From positions 96,001 to 160,000 of the forward strand of contig CAWFJJ010000001.1 in assembly GCA_963816185.1 (NCBI GenBank): a stretch of 64,000 nucleotides of DNA, written 5' to 3'. This stretch comes from Thermoanaerobaculia bacterium. GTDB taxonomy: Bacteria > Acidobacteriota > Thermoanaerobaculia > UBA5066. The notes below the pieces were generated by a model. The model made no database searches and had not been told where the DNA came from. It worked only from the letters and a program-made list of their open reading frames with translations. The translations under genes and the position numbers were made by a program. This document shows, piece after piece, positions 60,532-64,000 of the stretch (position 1 is its first letter; each line of letters begins with the position of its first letter).

Positions 60532-61055
60532 ATGAAAGTCCCGAGGGCGCACGAGCTTTTTCGACGGATGTCGAGCGCGGAGGTGGCCTCTATCGTCGAG
60601 GCGGCGTGCGAAGACGACGAGCTGCCCGAGAAGATCGCGGGCGGCGTCATCACGTACCAGCAGATCCCCCTCAGGCGGTTTTCGAAGCTGCCCGAGGAGA
60701 CGCGGCTGGCCTACGTGAGGCGCACGCTGCGCGACAGGCGCGCGTCCGACCTCGGTCTGTACGTCCTCTCCGCCGCCCTCACGCGCCGGCAGGCGGCGCT
60801 CATCTCGTGCTTTTCTCGAGGCGCTGAAGCTTCCCCACGAGGGGCCGAGCCTGACGACGGAGGGCGCGATCCCGGCGCCGGCGCGCGAAGGCGCTGCGCC
60901 GCGCGGTCGACGCGCTCCTCGACGCCCACGAGGCGCGCGACGTGGCGCTCTATCTCCACGCGTTCGCGTCCCAGCCGGACGTCGACTGGCCCGTCCTCGA
61001 AAAGCTCCTCGAATCGGACGCCCGCCTCGCGTTCGAGGACCGCTCGGCAGCCTGA
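60532..61055 (+). CDS. Hypothetical protein (two or more indels at 60810-60900)
   Basis: After re-framing reads ...FLEALKLPHEG...AVDALLDAH...VALYLHAF..Q...DWP.L; coding-like codon usage. Confidence 0.55.
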
Positions 61056-61067
61056 CTCTTCGGCTGA

Positions 61068-61745
61068 TTACTCGCGGGGGCATTCGGCCGCGAGCACGAT
61101 CTCTCCCTTCACGCCGGGCCGCGCGGCGAGGAGCTGTGCGATTTCCGAGGCCCTCCCGCGCAGGACCTCCTCGTGGAGCTTCGTCAGCTCGCGCCCGAGG
61201 ACGACGGGCGGATCTCCCCACGCCTTCGCGAGCGCCTCGAGGGATTCGACGATCCGGAAGGGCGACTCGAAGAGCACCGTCGTGCCGGGGCGCGCGGCGT
61301 GCGCCGCGTACCAGCGGTCGCGCTCGCCGCGGCGCGAGGGCGGAAAGCCCAGGAACGTGAACGGGACGGCCGGAAAGCCCGAGATCGAGAGGATCGCGAG
61401 GACCGCCGAGGGCCCCGGAATCGCCTCTACGCGGTGCCCGGCCGCGGCGGCCGCCGCGACGAGCCGCTCGCCGGGATCGGAGACGAGCGGCGTGCCCGCG
61501 TCGGAGACGAGAGCCAGCGTCTCGCCGCGGGCGAGGCGCTCGAGAGCCTCGTCGACGCGGCGGTGCTCGTTGTGGCCGTGGCAGGACACGCGCGGCGTCG
61601 TGAGGCCGTGGCGCGCGAAGAGGTTTCCCGTGCGGCGGGTATCCTCGCAATAGACGACGGCCGCCGACGACAGAGCTTCGAGCGCCCGCGGCGACAGGTC
61701 GTCGAGGTTCCCGATCGGCGTCGCGACGACGAGGAGACGGCCCAT
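61068..61745 (-). CDS. rsmI: 16S rRNA C1402 2'-O-methyltransferase
   Basis: VVATPIGNL.D, CEDTR, VSDAGTPLVSDPG, FESP.RI, RELTKLHEE, KGEIV. Confidence 0.93.
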   Translation of the reverse strand: MGRLLVVATPIGNLDDLSPRALEALSSAAVVYCEDTRRTGNLFARHGLTTPRVSCHGHNEHRRVDEALERLARGETLALVSDAGTPLVSDPGERLVAAAAAAGHRVEAIPGPSAVLAILSISGFPAVPFTFLGFPPSRRGERDRWYAAHAARPGTTVLFESPFRIVESLEALAKAWGDPPVVLGRELTKLHEEVLRGRASEIAQLLAARPGVKGEIVLAAECPRE

Positions 61746-61774
61746 CGCGGCATTCTCTCGCGACCGCGCGATCC

Positions 61775-62034
61775 GGGAGCTCTTGTGCGGCCCGCTCGAA
61801 GAGAGCCACCTGGACCTCGCGACCCGCGTCGTGTCGCAACGCGTGGCGTTCCTCGAGGAAGACGCGGCCGTGAGTGCGCGCCTCTTCAACGAATCCGGGA
61901 GGCGGCGTGGATCCCCTGGTCGATTGCATGATCGCGGCAAGCGCATTGCGTGCGGGGGAACCGCTCGCGACCGGGAACGTCGCCGATTTTCGGAGGTTCG
62001 CGGCTCGGGTCTGAAGATCCTCGAAGCTCGATGA
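61775..62034 (+). pseudogene. 5'-truncated, frameshifted VapC (PIN) toxin remnant
   Basis: ELLCGPL...ARLFNESGRRRGS | LVDCMIAASALRAGEPLATGNVADFRRF; no N-terminal D-motif, no start codon, no antitoxin. Confidence 0.7.
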
Positions 62035-62106
62035 ATGACGTGGCGGCCCGAAGGCGCCAGGGTCGATCCGACATGAGGCGCTCTGGCCCCTGCTACGATC
62101 GAGGGC

Positions 62107-62820
62107 GTGTTTCGCGGGTTGCTCGTCCCGCTCGTTTTCGCGGGCGTCACCCTCGTGCCGGCCGCGGGGAACGGCGTGCCCGCGGCGCGGCCGGCTGCAG
62201 CGACAACGCCCGCGCCGACGCCTTCCGGACCGCCCGTGCTCGTGGACCGTATCGCGGCCGTCGTAGGCGACGAGATCGTTCTCGAGAGCGAAGTCCAGAA
62301 GCTCGTGGCCGTGCGGTTTCTCGAGCGCAAGGCCGGCGAGACCGACGCCGCGTATCGCGACCGCGTCCTCGACGAGCGCATCGTCGACCTCCTGCGCGAG
62401 CGTCAGCTCCGAAGGATGAGCGGGTTCGAGCCGAAGCCCGAGGAGGTCGAGGCCCGCGTCGCCGTGCTCGAGGCGCGTCTCGCGAAAGAGCGCGGCATTC
62501 CGGCCGCCGCGGCGCTCGCGGCCGCCGGCACGACCCGCGAGGAGCTGGCCGCGTGGGTCAGACGCGGGCTCGCGCTCGACAACTTCGTGAAAGAGCGCCT
62601 CGCGCCGGGACTGAAAGTGACGGACGCGGATCTCCGCGCCTACTACCAGTCGACCTTCCGGGAAGCGGCGAAGAGACGAGGTCTTTCGGACGTGCCTCCG
62701 TTCGAGGACGTCCGCGAGGAGATCCGCGAGGTCGTGCGCGAGCTCAAGCTCAATGCCGAGATCGAGCGCTGGACGGCGCAGCTCCGCAACGAGACGCGCG
62801 TTCTCATCTACCGGCGCTGA
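62107..62820 (+). CDS. SurA N-terminal-domain-like periplasmic chaperone
   Basis: Signal peptide, VDRIAAVVGDEIVLESEV, VTDADLRAYY, W..QLR. Confidence 0.75.
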   Translation: MFRGLLVPLVFAGVTLVPAAGNGVPAARPAAATTPAPTPSGPPVLVDRIAAVVGDEIVLESEVQKLVAVRFLERKAGETDAAYRDRVLDERIVDLLRERQLRRMSGFEPKPEEVEARVAVLEARLAKERGIPAAAALAAAGTTREELAAWVRRGLALDNFVKERLAPGLKVTDADLRAYYQSTFREAAKRRGLSDVPPFEDVREEIREVVRELKLNAEIERWTAQLRNETRVLIYRR

Positions 62821-64000
62821 TCTCTCTCGGACATCCGGTAGAGGATGCGGTTCGCGAGCACGCGGCGCAGATACGTGCGCGTCTCCGGATAGCTGATCGA
62901 GGCGAGGAGGGCCTCGGCCGGAGCCTTCGCGCCTCCGGCCCACAGCGCGGTCTGGCCGGCGCCGGCGTTGTAGCCCGAGGCCGCGAGGGCCGCGTCGCCG
63001 TCGAAGCGGGCGAGGAGGTTCTTCAGCGTGCGCGCGCCGAGCCGCAGCGACCGCGCAGGATCGTAGAGGTCGGCGTAGGCGGGAGGACTCTCGTTCAGCT
63101 CGCGCGCGGCCTCTCCCGCAGTCGGAAGCGTGAGCTGCATGAGGCCGCGGGCCGCGGCGGGAGAGGCGGCCTCGCGATCGAAACGGCTCTCCTGCCGCAT
63201 GATCGCGTAAAGCAGGTCGCGCGGCACGCCGCTCTGGTCCGCGGACTCGGCGACGAGCCGGTCGAACGGGCGCGGCGCCAGAGAGCGCAGCACGGAGCGC
63301 GGCGCGAGGTCGAGGAGGAAGTCGTCGGGCACGAGGCGATCGAGCGCCTCGGCCGCCTCGAGAGCCGCGGGTCCGGCGTCCGCGTCCTCGGCGAGACGCG
63401 CGGCCACGAGGCTGCCGAGGAGCGTGTCGAGGCGCGAGGCGTCGCGCACGATCGGCTCGGCCTCGAGAGGCAGGCCGAGCTGCAGGAGGCGGCACGCCGC
63501 CGCGTCCCCGCAGAGCGTCGGAAGCGAGTCCTCCGGCAGCTCGGGAGCGAGCAGGACCTCGGCGTAGCCGGGAAGCGAGCGATAGGCGAGCTTCAGAAGG
63601 TCGCGCGCGAGAGCGTCGCCCAGAAGGGCGGGCGGCAGGAGGCGTTCTTTGGCCTCCCGCGCCCTGCCTGACGTGAGGAGGGCCTCGCCTTCGAGGCGCT
63701 CGCGGCGGAGAAATGCATCGCGTGCGACGGCCGGGAGGGCGGACATCCGCTGCGCCGCGATCTCGCCTGCGGCCGTCCAGGGGCGCGCGGCGAGAAGCGC
63801 GGCGTAACCGGCGAGGGCGCCCGCGAGGTCTTTCGAGGCCTCCGCGGCGCGGCCGCGCCAGAACGGGAGCTCGCTCTTCCAGGGCTCCGGCAGCCGCCGC
63901 ACGCGCGCGAGGCGCTCGATCGGAACGAGGACCCGCCGCGCTCCCGCGCCGTCGCCCGCCTCGGCCCGGCATTCGAGAAGGTGGAGGAGGCCTTCGACGC
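62808..64000 (-). CDS. slt: Soluble lytic transglycosylase (SLT) with TPR-like repeats, 5' partial
   Basis: AIMRQESRF, SPAAARGLMQL, YNAG.G, ETRTYLRRV. Confidence 0.85.
   Translation of the reverse strand, partial: VEGLLHLLECRAEAGDGAGARRVLVPIERLARVRRLPEPWKSELPFWRGRAAEASKDLAGALAGYAALLAARPWTAAGEIAAQRMSALPAVARDAFLRRERLEGEALLTSGRAREAKERLLPPALLGDALARDLLKLAYRSLPGYAEVLLAPELPEDSLPTLCGDAAACRLLQLGLPLEAEPIVRDASRLDTLLGSLVAARLAEDADAGPAALEAAEALDRLVPDDFLLDLAPRSVLRSLAPRPFDRLVAESADQSGVPRDLLYAIMRQESRFDREAASPAAARGLMQLTLPTAGEAARELNESPPAYADLYDPARSLRLGARTLKNLLARFDGDAALAASGYNAGAGQTALWAGGAKAPAEALLASISYPETRTYLRRVLANRILYRMSERDQRR

Noticed and set aside
700-60900. Frameshifts in mltG, tkt, CPBP protease, PIN toxin, beta-helix gene, SWIM, SNF2 and the 60532 gene, read as pseudogenes or programmed frameshifts
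   Set aside because: Mostly 1-bp indels in short homopolymers, scattered across unrelated conserved genes with otherwise intact motifs; best explained as long-read consensus errors

Overview
High-GC (by eye close to 70%) bacterial chromosomal segment. Gene content and secreted-protein C-terminal domains suggest Acidobacteriota, possibly Thermoanaerobaculia-like; this is an inference. Most of the window is core or housekeeping DNA: mltG/ruvX, thiolase-scoAB, lptD, hflX, tal-tkt-zwf-pgl-glk, queD, trxB/ahpC, rubrerythrin cluster, lemA/TPM, rplU-rpmA-obgE-nadD-rsfS, dksA, holA, SNF2/SWIM, rsmI and slt. I saw no rRNA, tRNA, CRISPR array or transposase. Eight or more genes carry 1-2 bp indels, mostly in homopolymers, which is typical of long-read consensus error. 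Four things stand out. (1) A family of ~85-115 bp palindromic elements with TTTCTTAGAAGG...CCTTCTAAGAAA ends; copies lie in frame inside a gene, span a start codon, and half-sites supply stop codons. (2) A second ~130 bp double-hairpin repeat with compensatory base changes. (3) A translationally coupled rmlD-like / prenol-kinase+DUF92 fusion / UbiA / unknown operon that looks like an isoprenoid-alcohol salvage and prenylation module. (4) A Rieske/split cytochrome b complex with a 4x[4Fe-4S] polyferredoxin, a HEAT protein and an 8-heme, 1048-aa cytochrome c.
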